From Azolla caroliniana (taxonomy: Eukaryota > Plantae > Polypodiophyta), in assembly GCA_043228905.1 (NCBI GenBank), contig JBHGNT010000021.1:8556001-8620000 (forward strand): a stretch of DNA of 64,000 nucleotides, in the 5' to 3' direction. Below, piece by piece: positions 13,206 through 25,524 of the stretch (its first letter is position 1; every line of letters begins with the position of its first letter). Both the position numbers and the translations under genes were made by a program. The notes under the pieces were generated by a model. That model searched no databases. It was given only the letters and a program-made list of their open reading frames with translations, and was not told the origin of the DNA.

Positions 13206-14129
13206 ATAGTTTCTGAGTTATGGAGGTCTTTTGTTTGTGAAAAACAACCATCATCTGAGTGGCATAATCGTAAATGTCTTGTCAGAACATGTAAGGTTTG
13301 CCCACAACCGTTATTTTGTAGATAGGAGGTTGACGTGGATAATTGTCATATTGGGAAATGGAAATATTTAGAGTATGTGACAGAAAATATAGGTAAGGGT
13401 CTCGTTAGTAAGCGTATCAAGGAAGTATATAAGGAGACATGTGCTGCTACCCTTGTCTCAGAGTTTAAGAAGCAACTCGGGGAGTTCATTCCACATAACT
13501 TTAGGAGTTATTGGCAAAATTCATAGTTCAAGGAATGTATAAATAACTTACCACCAGATGTTATGGTATCTGTTATTGACTTTGCAAAGAACTATACCTT
13601 TAAAGTTCAAAATGAGGTTTAGTCAATGCATTGGTACAATGACCAATGTACAATACTTGTACATATTTGCTATTGGAGAAAAGATGGTAAGTTACATAAG
13701 AAAGCAATATTCTATTTTTCAGATGATAAAAAACATGATACTCTATTTGTTCAACATTGTTTTAAGCTTCACCACACAGATTTATTGTCCTTGGGTGTTA
13801 ACTTTTATTGCCATTGGGTCTGGTCTGATGGTGTTGCCTTGCAATTTAAGGCGGCTCGGTCCTTCTACTTCATTGCAAGGTAAGGAAATAATCCATATGA
13901 TTGGTATTTATAACTGGAAGTCTATTTTGGTAATACTTCATAGTACATCATCTATTGCTTGAGTTTCCTACCAGTACGAATATTATATGAGCAGTCATAA
14001 AAAATGTTTGTATAAAATACAATTAGTAATTCTCCTACTACATGCATCAGTATTGTCTTGAAATGTTTGTACTAATTATGGTGAAAGTGTTGTATGTATG
14101 GTTCAAAGCCTTGAAAAGTATCCTTATTT

Positions 14130-14680
14130 TACAACTTAGTACTATCATCCCACATGCACAAGTACTGACTATGTTTTACAACTTAGTACTCAGATCCTGC
14201 ATTCACAAGTACTAATTGATAATTTTGTGGTGTCATCCCACATGCAGGAGTACTAATTTGTAACTTAGCACTGTCCTCTTTCATGCATTAATACTAATGA
14301 ATAACTTAGTACTATGTTCTTTCGATCTTTACTACTCATTTATAACTTTGTTCATTAGTACTAATTAGGATGGGTCTCTCTAGTGCATTAGTACTAAATA
14401 ATAACTTAGTACTGTCCAACTTTGTTCATTAACACAAGTTTATAACTTATGATTGTCCAACTTTGTTCATTACTACTAATTATTAACTTAGTACTGTCCA
14501 ACTTTGTTCATTAAGACCAAGTTATAAATTAGGACTGTCCTCTCACATACACTAGTACGAATCAATAGCTTAGTACTATCCTCTCTCGTTCATTTCTTTT
14601 AATTTATAACTTAGTATTGTCCTCTCTCGTTCATTTCTTTTAATTTGTAACTTAGTACTGTCCTCTCTCGTGCATTAGTG
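14130..14680. repeat. ~40-bp AGTACT-core tandem repeat within the long transposase intron
   Basis: Repeated ATAACTTAGTACTGTCC(TCTCTCGT/AACTTTGT)TCATT. Confidence 0.85.
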
Positions 14681-16436
14681 GAAATTTTGGTTTAAGTCAT
14701 GTTAAGAGATGTAAGCTCCAATAATGCACTAACTCTGTTTGTTGGCTAACTGTCATGCAAAACAACCAGATACTTCTCATTGACAAACATTAAGATGCAA
14801 TGGAACTACTTCGAGTCTGGACATGGAAAAGGAGAGCACAATGGCGCGGGGGCGCAGGGGCTGTGATCAAGCATGCTCTTACAAGTGAACAGTTGGATAA
14901 TAAAGGTGCAAAGTTACAAAATGCACATGATGTTGTGGAAAGGCTGACATGGAAGATGTCAAATGATGGTAAGAATAGATTGTTTATTGAGGTTGGTGCT
15001 AATGAGGTGGATAGGAGTAAATCATATGGTTGTAAAACTGTGAAAGGGACTCGCAAGACCCATTGTGTTTTAGGGTTTAGTCGCAGGGACACAACACAAT
15101 TGTTATTTCGCAGTTTATCGTGCTTTTGTTCCATGTGTTTAGATGAAACTTGGGATGAATGCACCAATCTATCAATTGTGGAGCCATGGAAGCTACAAAA
15201 GCTTGAGATTGAACAATGTGTGGATATCCAGGAAGACAAACATGTAGACAATATTGTATACTACAACCAATGTGAGGACTTGACAGTATTATTGGAAGTT
15301 GGAGATCATTTTGCAGTGCTCAAATCTCCTAAAAATGAAGATTTTGAAGACTACTACATTGTGGTGTGCAAGCAAGGAAATACAATATTGGAAGAAGTCG
15401 TGAGGGACGGTTGGGGCAACATGTTCAACGTTGGTGAGTGTGTCGTGTACGGCAACTACTATGCAAAGTTACCACAATGCAAGAACACGTATGCATTATT
15501 AAAAGATGCACCCACTGCAATAATCTATGTTGATGTTGTCATCGCAATCAAGTTCACTATGAGTCAAGCAAAGCACAAGGTTAAGGGATACAACACTGTC
15601 TACAAGGCCCCCAAAGAGGTTCACGAACACATATTGGGGGAGGTATCCCTCTTTAATTCTTAGAATGGTAAGCACTGTTCATATGTAACATTCGCATGTC
15701 TTGTAAACTCTGGCCTACAAATGAATGGAAATATATCATCTTTGGTTTTCTTATGAGTTTGCAATGACAAAACTCTTAATCTCAGTGTTTTGTTTAGATA
15801 TGTATGTATCTTTTACATACAATTTATGGTGAAAAATATCTTTGGTTAGTACTAAAACTGTGTTTAGTGTTTCCTAACCTAGAGATATCTAAGATAGGAA
15901 TGTTCATTCCACACATGTTTCTAGTGTGTGGTACACTCATGAGGGTGTGGTTGACTAGATGTGAGGTAACAGATTGAACATGTTAATTGCTAGTACTAAT
16001 ACAATGGTTCGTTCAAGTATACATACCATGTTCATATGCATTAAAATATAGTACTAATATTGTGCTAAGTGTTTACTAACCTAGACATAGCCTATCTATA
16101 TGTGTCCATAACAAGCGTCAATGTCATATGTGTGCATAACAAGTGACATTCTTACTAAGATGAGACCTCAAATAGTATCAAATTCACATTCTTACAAATA
16201 TATGTATCAAAGTTAGTATATTGCATATCAAGTTGGTACTAAATTAGTCACTAAGATGAGTACTCAAATAGTATCAAGTTCAAATTCAGGATAAGTAAAC
16301 CAAAACAATGTCAAGAAGCAATTAATCAAAGATTTGCTCATATGGTAATCAATTACAAACAACGATCTAAATACAAAAAACTTTGTTTTTAATTTTTTCT
16401 AGATCTTGTAATGCGCCTATTTTTTGTTACACTCTT

Positions 16437-19400
16437 CTAAGATTCCACACCCTTCTTCTTCATCATCTTAATGCCACGAGGTAGTAGACTACTGAGTGGC
16501 AGTTCATCATCGGGGGGGGGGGGGGGGGGGGGCAAGCTTGAGGGAACCTTGTGCTCTACTGCAACTGCCTGAGACGCACACACTTCCAAGAAGATCTTGT
16601 CGATAGTATTATCATTAATCTGCTCTTCATGGGTAGAACCGGTGTTCTGCAGTAACACGGTATTCGTAGTACAAACATGTTCCTCTTCTTGGGTGGTTTC
16701 CATCTTCATTGCAAACTCCTCGTGATTGAAGCTAGACACCTGGATCTTTGTACAATCTTGTTCCATGTGTAGGCTACTTGCGGTGTTTTGGTAAGACATG
16801 TGATTCGTAGTACCACCTTGTTCCTCTTCTTGGGTGGTAGCTACAATCCCCTTAATGATACAGTCTTGCCCCACATTTACGGTACTGTCAAAGTTCTTCA
16901 GCTCCTCTTCTTGGGTGATTTCACATTCCTCATGTGTGGTGCTATCTGAGTCTGAAAAATCAAGATTGCTCCATAGACTGCCTGAATCATCTGATCCCAT
17001 TTGGGAATCTCCATGTTCTTCTATTCCTAAATAACAAGAACAATATCAATTCACATTCTTACAAAGTGAAGGAACCTAGCCATATCAATTAACATACTAG
17101 ATTAAGGGACAATCGTTTACCTACTGTTACATCTCCATCCGGAACTTTTGAAGATGAGTCTTTGCAAATGATTGTGTTTGTCATGTGTTGCAAGACCTGG
17201 TTTGCATTGGTATCACACTCCTCATTATTGCTTGGGATGGTACTAGTCTCAAGTTGGGGCTCTAAATCATGCCAATATTTTACATCACTTTCTATATATT
17301 AATAGACCAAAACCATTATTGTCACTTGGGTGATATGGTCAAAATAACTATTATATAAGAGGGTTCACAACATGTACCTGCGAGGACGATAAATTCTTCT
17401 TCATGTGGTGGCTCTAAATCGGTATCTCCATTTTCATTAAACGTTTCTTCCTTGTCTAACAACAAAAGCACGTGGTCTTAGTCTAACTCATTAACTTTAC
17501 AGCTCTCAAAGTTTGTGAGAATTCGTATGACCCACCACTATAATGAACTCTGCATTTCTTCCCCTTTCCATTCAATTTCCTTGCATCATTACGCTTCTTC
17601 GTAGGCTCTTTGATAGAAACATAAGAAATTAGAAGTATAGCAACAATGCATTATTAAAAGTTCACACACAATTAGCATTACCGTTCACACAGTCAAGGGG
17701 AGCCGAGCTAGGAGAATTTGTTTGAAGCAACACGTCGTCAACTGTTCCAATGGCCTTTCTCATACATTCATCTTGATCATAAATTTCCTCAATTACCACT
17801 AAGGAATGACCATGGACTTTGGAATTTGCAGTAGACTCTGTACGCAGTAGCGCGGGGGCTGGTTGGTTGGTAACCTTCCCTGGTGTGGTGTTGCTTGATA
17901 CTACAAGATTCATATTATAATTGTACATTAGTTCTAACATGACTACAATGTTACAAATATTATCAGTACTGAATCAAGTGGACATTTAAGACCTTCAGTA
18001 CTAAAAAATCAGTCTTGTTCCAACTGATCACCAAGGAATATGCATGTAACAGTAATATTAGTACTAAAACAACAAAGAGGAACTTGAGGACACAATATAG
18101 AACCATCTGGACATGCTGTCGATATTTGTTCGGTACTAAAGAAAAGACCTGCATGCCTATTTGTTCGGTCATCCAGAGCCTATTTGTTCGGTTCTCCTAT
18201 TTGTTAGTACACATACAAGTGATACAACTAAACCCTACTAAATAATCATTATTGAATCAACTCAACACCAAAGGATACAATGTAATCAGTAAGTTAGTAC
18301 TCAAACATCAATCAAGGAACTTGAGAGAATAGTACTAAACCACCTGGACACAAAACGTACAATGTAATGGACAGTGTTAGTACTTATAGAAGTTATACAA
18401 CGAATCAATTAAGCCATTCAGTACTAAATAATCAGTACTGAATCAACTGATCACCAAGGAATACAATGTAATCAGTAATGTTAATACTGAATCCTCCAAC
18501 AAGGAACTTGAGGGCACATTACACAACCACCTGGACATGCATATTTCATGTAATGAACAATGTTAGTACTAAAACACCTAGACCTTCATGCCTATTTGTT
18601 CGGTCATCCAAAGCCTAAGCCAAGTGGACACAGAAAGTACAATGTAATGAATAATGTTAGTGCACATGCAAGTTATACAACTAAACATTTAAGATCCTCA
18701 GTGCTAAATAAGATTCACATTGTCAACTGATCACCAAGGAATACAATGTAATCAGTAATGTTAGTACTGAATCATGTAAAAATGATCACCAAGGAACAGT
18801 ACTCATGGGTATAAGACTAGAACCAAATGTTAAAATTATAAAAGCATAGTATAAAAATTACATATGTTCTTAATCACATACCATAGGAATGTACTTTCAA
18901 ACCCCAACTTAAGTACCATTCGACACCAACTGTACTTTTACAGTGTAAACATATATTTTCTTTCTCAAAATGGTACTTAGCGCATAAACAATGATATGTG
19001 TGCAAGCATGGTGTAATGATAGCATCCATGGCCTCAAACTTGAATCCAAGGCCACAGAATACACACCTTCAAATACGAGAAACAACATGCACTATATTAG
19101 CAACGATGATATTTTATACAATAGAAGGTCAACTTGTAAAAATATAAACCATTACCTTGATACAGTAATTGTTGTAATGGTACTTTCATTGCAAGTGGGA
19201 TGTTCAACTACTTCTGGCCATAGAGGATCTAAACCTTTATCTTTTAGACCCTTCATCAAACATGTCAGGTTCTCAAAGTGAATTTTTAAGGCTGATAACT
19301 TATCATCAATTTCAGAACGAGATGACCTCCATGTCTCCAAATCTTTCTTCTGTTTTCCCAGTTGAGTGCCCATATTTGTCAACTCCTTCTTCAAATCCTC

Positions 19401-20207
19401 TTTCAACACATCGCTTTCAGAATGTTGAATTGTTGCTGTTATCCATTCCTATGTATTCGATATAGATGTGAATTGTTTCTCTGCCGCCATCTCACTAGAT
19501 GAAACTTCTTCCAAATCGGTGAGCAGCGCTTGCATTCTTGTTTGCATGGAAGCTATGCAATGCAACAATCGTTGTTCATGCTTTTTTGTCTGTGTAGCTC
19601 TTTCTTTTGCAATCTGTTTAGTCAACACAGATGTCCTAGCTGGGATTTCAATGTGAGAGGTACCCTCAGACTTCATAGTAATGTTGGTATTTGAGGACCC
19701 TCTATAATGTGATGATCGATGATGAGCAAAATCTTCCCAATCAACTTCAATGCCACCATGGAGTTCACATACAAATGCACATGCAAAAACAGTTCCTACC
19801 TTATTGTTTAGGATATGTATTGTATCATAAACTTGTTCATATCATGACTTTAGTTCAGTGATATAATCCTTCTTCAATTGATTGAGGTGAAAACCTCTCC
19901 TTGTCTCCGATTGTGATGAGCCCCATGTTTTGATCATCCACATCTTTACATCTTCATAAGTGTCAGGTCGTGCAAGAAGGAAATATCCCCATCCTAACTT
20001 TCTACCTCGAAGGATGTTTGTGAACATATTCTTGCCATGAGATGTTGACAACTTAAACCTCCCTCTGGTGGGGGTCATCTTACTTTCTTTGATGGGGGTC
20101 CTTTTTCTTTCCTTGCATGGTGTGTTGACATTTTCTTTGACCATTTTCTTCTTCGTGGGTGTCTTCCTTGTCATTTGAGTCCTATCTCTCTTCTTCACCT
20201 CACACAC
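16437..20207 (-). pseudogene. Second multi-exon gene of the Sola2 element; product unknown (basic N-terminus, globular domain, coiled coil, acidic and poly-Pro tail)
   Basis: Contiguous ORFs 19842..20207, 19449..19676 and 19152..19409, then exons with GT-AG borders at about 17682-17900, 17378-17455, 17121-17261 and 16437-17026. In-frame stops present. Confidence 0.68.
17965..18800. repeat. Degenerate ~170-250-bp AGTACT-rich repeats, about 4 copies, in an intron of the second gene
   Basis: Repeated CAACTGATCACCAAGGAATACAATGTAATCAGTAATGTTAGTACT. Confidence 0.8.
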
Positions 20208-20888
20208 ACAACAATAGAAAATAACAATAGATCAATCACAACTGTCTTTTTTCATTATATGATTAAATTACGCATAATAAGAACAACAATGAGACAAAAA
20301 CATCAACAACAAAGATAAAACCTACAACATAATGTTAACTCCCGAAACACAATATATATATGCTAAACCATGGAAAATCATTGCAGCGTACCATCATAGA
20401 ACCATCTTCCAATATGTCAACATGTACCAAATTCTAAATCATGCAATAAATGACATATGCATGTAAAACACTCTCAATTTCAAGCATATGCATGTACAAG
20501 TGTCTGAAATGATCAAGGGAGAACAACATGAACAAAAACAACAAAACCCTAACATGTAGCAAAATGTGAAGGTAAGCCTAAAGCAGAATTACCTTTTTAG
20601 ATGTCGTTAGGGTTGCAGATAGCAGGATTACCTTTCTGAAGTCCTTGCAGAGGGGACACGGTTGAAGCATGGGTTGCAAGCAAACGGACACACCAGGTAG
20701 AGGGAACACAGTGACTTGAGAACACCTGGAGGTAGAGCAAAACAGAGGTCACAACCAGTAGAGGGGACATGGCCAGCAGAGCAGAGGTCGATGTTGTTAG
20801 GACACGATGAACACAGTACACCTAACAGTGAGGAAGAACAAGGTCAACTGAGGGAGAGAGAACGCAGCTAACCCTAGAGAGCTTGAAA

Positions 20889-21100
20889 GACCTGTGTAGA
20901 AGGTGGAAGAGAGACAAAGAGGGGGAGAGGAGGTACGAACGACGAGCAATGACGCGCTTGGAGTCTATAGAGACCTGTGTAGAAGGTGGAAGAGAGAGGG
21001 GTAGAGGAGGTACAAACGACGAGTAGTGACGCGCTTGGAGTCTGCAGAGACCTATACATAAGGTAGAAGAGAGACAGAGAGGGGGAGAGGAGGTACGAAC
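20889..21100. repeat. ~80-bp subterminal tandem repeat, about 2.6 copies, near the right TIR
   Basis: GACCTGTGTAGAAGGTGGAAGAGAGA...GAGGAGGTACGAAC...GACGCGCTTGGAGTCT. Confidence 0.85.
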
Positions 21101-21376
21101 CTCGGGAATCAACGAGTAGAAGGGGGAAGGAGAGGGAGGGAGGGAGAGAGACTAACTGACAGTTCGAGATGAACATATGTGCCAAGAGAGAGAGTGAGAG
21201 AGAGGCATACTTACTATATTCATAATTGAGTGACTACTCGAGATCTTCTATAGTTAAGATTTCCGTACAACATTACCTAGGACTGTGACCCAACAACCTC
21301 AACTTTCTTAACCCAAATATTGGATTATTTTTCTTTCCTCCTCATCGAATTAGTACTAAAATTTTGGCCAAAAGTT

Positions 21377-21401
21377 GGTACACCGTAGCGTGCTTTCACC
21401 C
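21377..21401 (-). repeat. Right TIR
   Basis: Reverse complement is GGGTGAAAGCACGCTACGGTGTACC. Confidence 0.92.
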
Positions 21402-21827
21402 AAAAGTATATGGATAGTTATATCAAAACTGTGGGGGTCATTGACAAGAAATGTTTTGTCACCTTTTCAATGGGTTTTGATTGAAGGTGATAGAGTTTTA
21501 CCATCCCTAGAGTATAAGTTTGTGTTTGATTATTTGAGGTACTTGGGCATGTGGTATATTTGGAACTTGCGGAATGGTTTTTTATTGATGGGCTTTTTGG
21601 ACTATCTCAATAGATATGTAGGATAAGAGGAAAGTTGATTTGGCAGTTTTCACAGTTATGTTGTATGGGAATTTTGTCCCCATATGAGTTACATTTGTGT
21701 CGTTTTGTATTGCAACACCTTAGAAGGTTGCCCTTGCCACATCACTACTTTTGAAGTAGTTTTGATAGCAAGATTTTTTGTATTGTCATGATGGTTTTAA
21801 TATAAACATACATTTACGGAAAAAAAA
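21402..21827 (+). pseudogene. LINE ORF2 C-terminus and 3' end, piece 3
   Basis: WYIWNLRNGF matches the WxIWxxRN LINE motif. A short A-tract at ~21820-21827 may be the tail. Confidence 0.8.
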
Positions 21828-23110
21828 GTGCAACAAGGAAACCCCAAAATAGCCAAGAAGCCAAACCCTACGTCCTCTTGTATGGTGAGAGAAAAGAGGG
21901 AGCAGAAGTAGAAACCCTAAAATATCAAACCCTAATAGTGCCCTCCCCAAAAAGGGCAACCCCCAAACCCTAGAAATTAAAAGAGAAGAAGATGAATCCC
22001 AAAAACCCTAATGTTTTACCTCTAAAACCCAAAATGGCCGACCCAAAATAAGCCAACTTCTCTCCATTTTATAGAGGAAAAGAGGTGCCTCTCTCGACAT
22101 TAAATGTTTTGACTATTTATTCCCTTGTCTCCAAAAGCAAGGAAAACAAAATACCCCTTAATTTGTACTAGCAGATAACCACTAGGCTATATATACTTAT
22201 TTATTTCTTTTCTAATGTGTGGAACCTCACTTTTCTTTGTTTTCCTATTTTGGCCACGCCACATCACAACATCGCTCCAATCAACTCTCGAAAAATTGAT
22301 TATCACATCATATAGTGTGGAATCTTTAGGAAATGTCAGAAGTAAATCCTTGACATCATTACGCAGGTCAAAAATGGAATTATTCTATTAACGCTTGATC
22401 ATCCTATGGAGTATCATATGCCAAAAGACCAAAATAAATTGCATATGCAAAGGCAAGGCAATCCCCTTGTCATTATCGGCAAATTCCATTGGTGACAGTC
22501 CTTATATTATCCGAAGCAACCTATAAACTTTTAATAAATTCTTTGAAATTATTAAACAATGAAAATTTCATTTCAAGTAGTAGAGCAAACCAACCTAATT
22601 GTGTGCTTGTCAATAGGGTGCCTACTAACCTTACTCGAGATGCATCTTTTGGATATTGTTTGGGATGCGTTTGAATGACAACTTGTACCTAATTTAAAAA
22701 TCCCCTGAGTTTAGACCTCATACTATCAAATTTCACAAGTAGCCTAATCTATGGTTCTTTACTAACCCCTTGATCTTCTGTCAGATGTTGTTGCAAAACT
22801 ACAAATGCCGATTCTAATTGTTGTTTGCGTCGTGTGATCTCATCATGTTATTGTTGTTTTTCCAGGGCCACCTTTTGGAGATCCTCAAGAAATTGTTGAT
22901 TCTCTATTTCAATAGGAATGCGCACAAAAAGCTTTACTTGAGGTCGTTCCCTAATATCAATCCCAAAAGGGATTACATGAAGATCAATCCACGAAGATAT
23001 TGCAAATTACAAATTACAAATCTAGCCTACTATGATGTCCACTAGCTACTGTGAACACTGTCTCTATGGGAAGTTGAGTTCGATTCTCAACACGCCCCTT
23101 TGAACACAAC

Positions 23111-23328
23111 TTTCGGATGTCAAAAGGTTGTTTTGGTTCATTCTTCAAAATACTTCTATTTGGTTGAATCGGTTTCGACTTCGGTTTTCGATTTCGGTTT
23201 TCGACACGGTTTACGATTTTTCGGATGTCAAAAGGTCGTTTTGGTTCATTCTTCAAAATACTTCTATTTGGTTGAATCGGTTTCGACTTCGGTTTTCGAT
23301 TTCGGTTTTCGACACGGTTTACGATTTT
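23111..23328. repeat. 108-bp direct tandem duplication in the copia 3' UTR
   Basis: TTTCGGATGTCAAAAGG...TTACGATTTT occurs twice, nearly identical. Confidence 0.92.
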
Positions 23329-23410
23329 GATTCTTCGATTCTTCGTGTTTGGTTGTTCAATTGTTTGTTCGTACTTCAACTCCTCTAGTCGGCTTCGATC
23401 GACTAATCTG

Positions 23411-23704
23411 TTACTGTTCGGCATCGGTTGCTACTGTACTCCCCCTCAAGCACGACTGGTCAGTGATTGAGAGACTAAGGTTCCTCACGAACAGCCGCAA
23501 TTTGTCCATACCTAGGGCTTTTGTGACGATGTTAGCAACCTGGAGGTTTGTGGTAATATATTGTAAATCGATATCACCAACCTGAATGCGTTCGCGAATA
23601 AAGTGATAGTGCATTTCGATGTGTTTAGTCCACGCGTGGAATACCGGGTTCCGAGCAAGGTAGATGTTGTTGATGTTGTCGTAGAAGAGGTGAATTGGAT
23701 TTGT
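23411..23704 (-). pseudogene. Copia RNase H C-terminus
   Basis: HYHFIRE...LQVANIVTKAL...LRG. Confidence 0.88.
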
Positions 23705-25524
23705 TGTCGTGACAAAAACCGGTCATGGGAGGAATCGGGAGGCCAAGCACGTGAACCAGTGCCACACGGATCGACATTTAAATTGATTAACTTTATACCT
23801 TATTTAAGAATAGGTCGCGTGATAGGGGTTACCAAATCTAGGCGTATCTCTGCCCGAAGGGACAGAGAATAAAGGTGATGTAACTAGGGTGTAACGGCCC
23901 ACCTCCCAGCGGCCTATAAAAGGGGGGCGAGAGAGACTGAGAGGGGATCGCGTTTTGGGGACAAAGGGGAAGGTGATGTAGGACTAGGGACCGAGCACTA
24001 TTTCTGTGTGATCTCTGCAGGTTTTTGGTTGGTTGCCTCTACACACGAGGAAAGCTCGGGTGCTTCTGGCAAAGGCTCCACTGCGTAACTCGGGTGTGTG
24101 TGTGTGTGTGTGTGTGCATGTGTTTGGTTGGTCACCGGCGTGCCGGTTGTAATATCAGAAAGATTGTAATCACTTGTTAGTTGTAATTGATTCCTCTTGG
24201 GAAGTGGTCTCCTTGCCTTATTGTGACATTCTCTGATCTGTTATTGTATCCGTAACTGAACGGGCGCGCTCCTTTATCTAACTCGTGCGTACTTCTGTTC
24301 TCCTCTGAACCAGTGAGCACGGTGCTTGCCAGGAACCAATACTTTCCGATCCATCACTTCCATTCTCTTCCTTCTCTATTTTCACACACTCCTTAGTTCA
24401 GGGCCCCCGGGGTCCCGCCTTAGTTTCCTGTGCACACGCGTAACAACCCGACATCTTTGGTGAACCCGACATGAAACAAGGCGGCAAAAGAGTTGAAGAT
24501 GAGGAGATCTGAACTCGCTGATGCCATGGCAATAGCCGTCAACCGGTTGGTGAACGCTCGCGAAGGCACATGCGCCCTCGATAGGGCCATCAAATCGATT
24601 GTCGGCCGTGTTGAGACCGACCGGATCTCATCGTGTCACTGGCATACCCATTCCACTTCAGACCACTCCTCGGTGAGACTGTGTGCTCCGTAATTGTTAC
24701 GGGCATGACCATATAATATCCCGTGGTGAGAATTGTCGTAGTATTCTATACACGTGGATAAGTGTGAGGGTTAAACAAAGAGTCTAAAGAAGGGGAGGAT
24801 TACTTTTAATCCTCGGGATTGAGACAACCCATGAGGCCAAGTGTGAACATGGCTGGGGGCCTTGAGAATTACTATAAATAAGAGGCCTAGCTACCCTCAT
24901 TTGGGCATGCATTGACTACGTCGAGACTCTGTCCGTGAGTGGAACGACTCTTGTAGCAAGCGCGCTATCGTCCAGGTACGACTCGACGCCAAGGCGGTGG
25001 TATGGGACGCTGATCGAGGCTCGAGTCCGTCTCGATCCCTTCGCTCGGGGGTGGTCGGGTGGATCGGCACCCTTCTTTCTCTCTTTTCTCTCTATTCTTT
25101 CTAGATCTATCATTGATATATCCTTATTTTATGCTTACTTTAGTACCTAATCTCTAATATTTGGTATCATCCACCCGACCACCCACGAGCGAAGGGATCG
25201 AGACGGACTCGAGCCTCGATCGGCGTCCCATACCACCGCCTTGGCGTCGAGTCGTACCTGGACGATAGCGCGCTTGCTACAAGAGTCGTTCCACTCCCGG
25301 ACAGAGTCTCGACGTAGTCAATGCCTGCCCAAATGAGGGTAGCTAGGCCTCTTATTTATAGTAATTCTCAAGGCCCCCAGCCATGTTCACACTTGGCCTC
25401 ATGGATTGTCTCAATCCCGAGGATTAAAAGTAATCCTCCCCTTCTTTAGACTCTTTGTTTAACCCTCACACTTATCCACGTGTATAGAATACTACGACAA
25501 TTCTCACCACGGGATATTATATGG

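Larger units (their letters stand above)
11750..15663 (+). pseudogene. Spliced Sola2-family DDD transposase, inactivated
   Basis: GT-AG introns 12380-12468 and 13880-14769 join in frame (MTE|AELF; FIAR|YFSL). Motifs CCCVYH, VIDFAKNY..QNEV*SMHW, FSDDKKHD, WSDG..QFK and WNYFESGHGKGEHNGAG. Disabled by a solo LTR, stops, an ~8-bp duplication frameshift near 14845 and a probable D-to-N change at the third catalytic residue. Confidence 0.85.
10426..21401 (+). mobile_element. Complete Sola2-type cut-and-paste DNA transposon (~11 kb) inserted in the LINE
   Basis: 25-bp TIRs with 22/25 identity and GGG termini. 4-bp TSD AAAA at 10422-10425 and 21402-21405. Removing the element restores the LINE frame (CYVTK|SIWIVISK). 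Sola2-like transposase inside. Confidence 0.88.

Noticed and set aside
16512-16532. Poly-G run as a G-quadruplex regulatory element
   Set aside because: Explained as the poly-Pro codon run of the minus-strand gene; homopolymer length is also error-prone.
21860-22030. Interstitial telomere
   Set aside because: AAACCCT motifs are dispersed, not tandem.
24935-25150. 71-aa ORF present three times
   Set aside because: It lies inside the chromovirus LTR; the repetition reflects LTR identity, not coding conservation.
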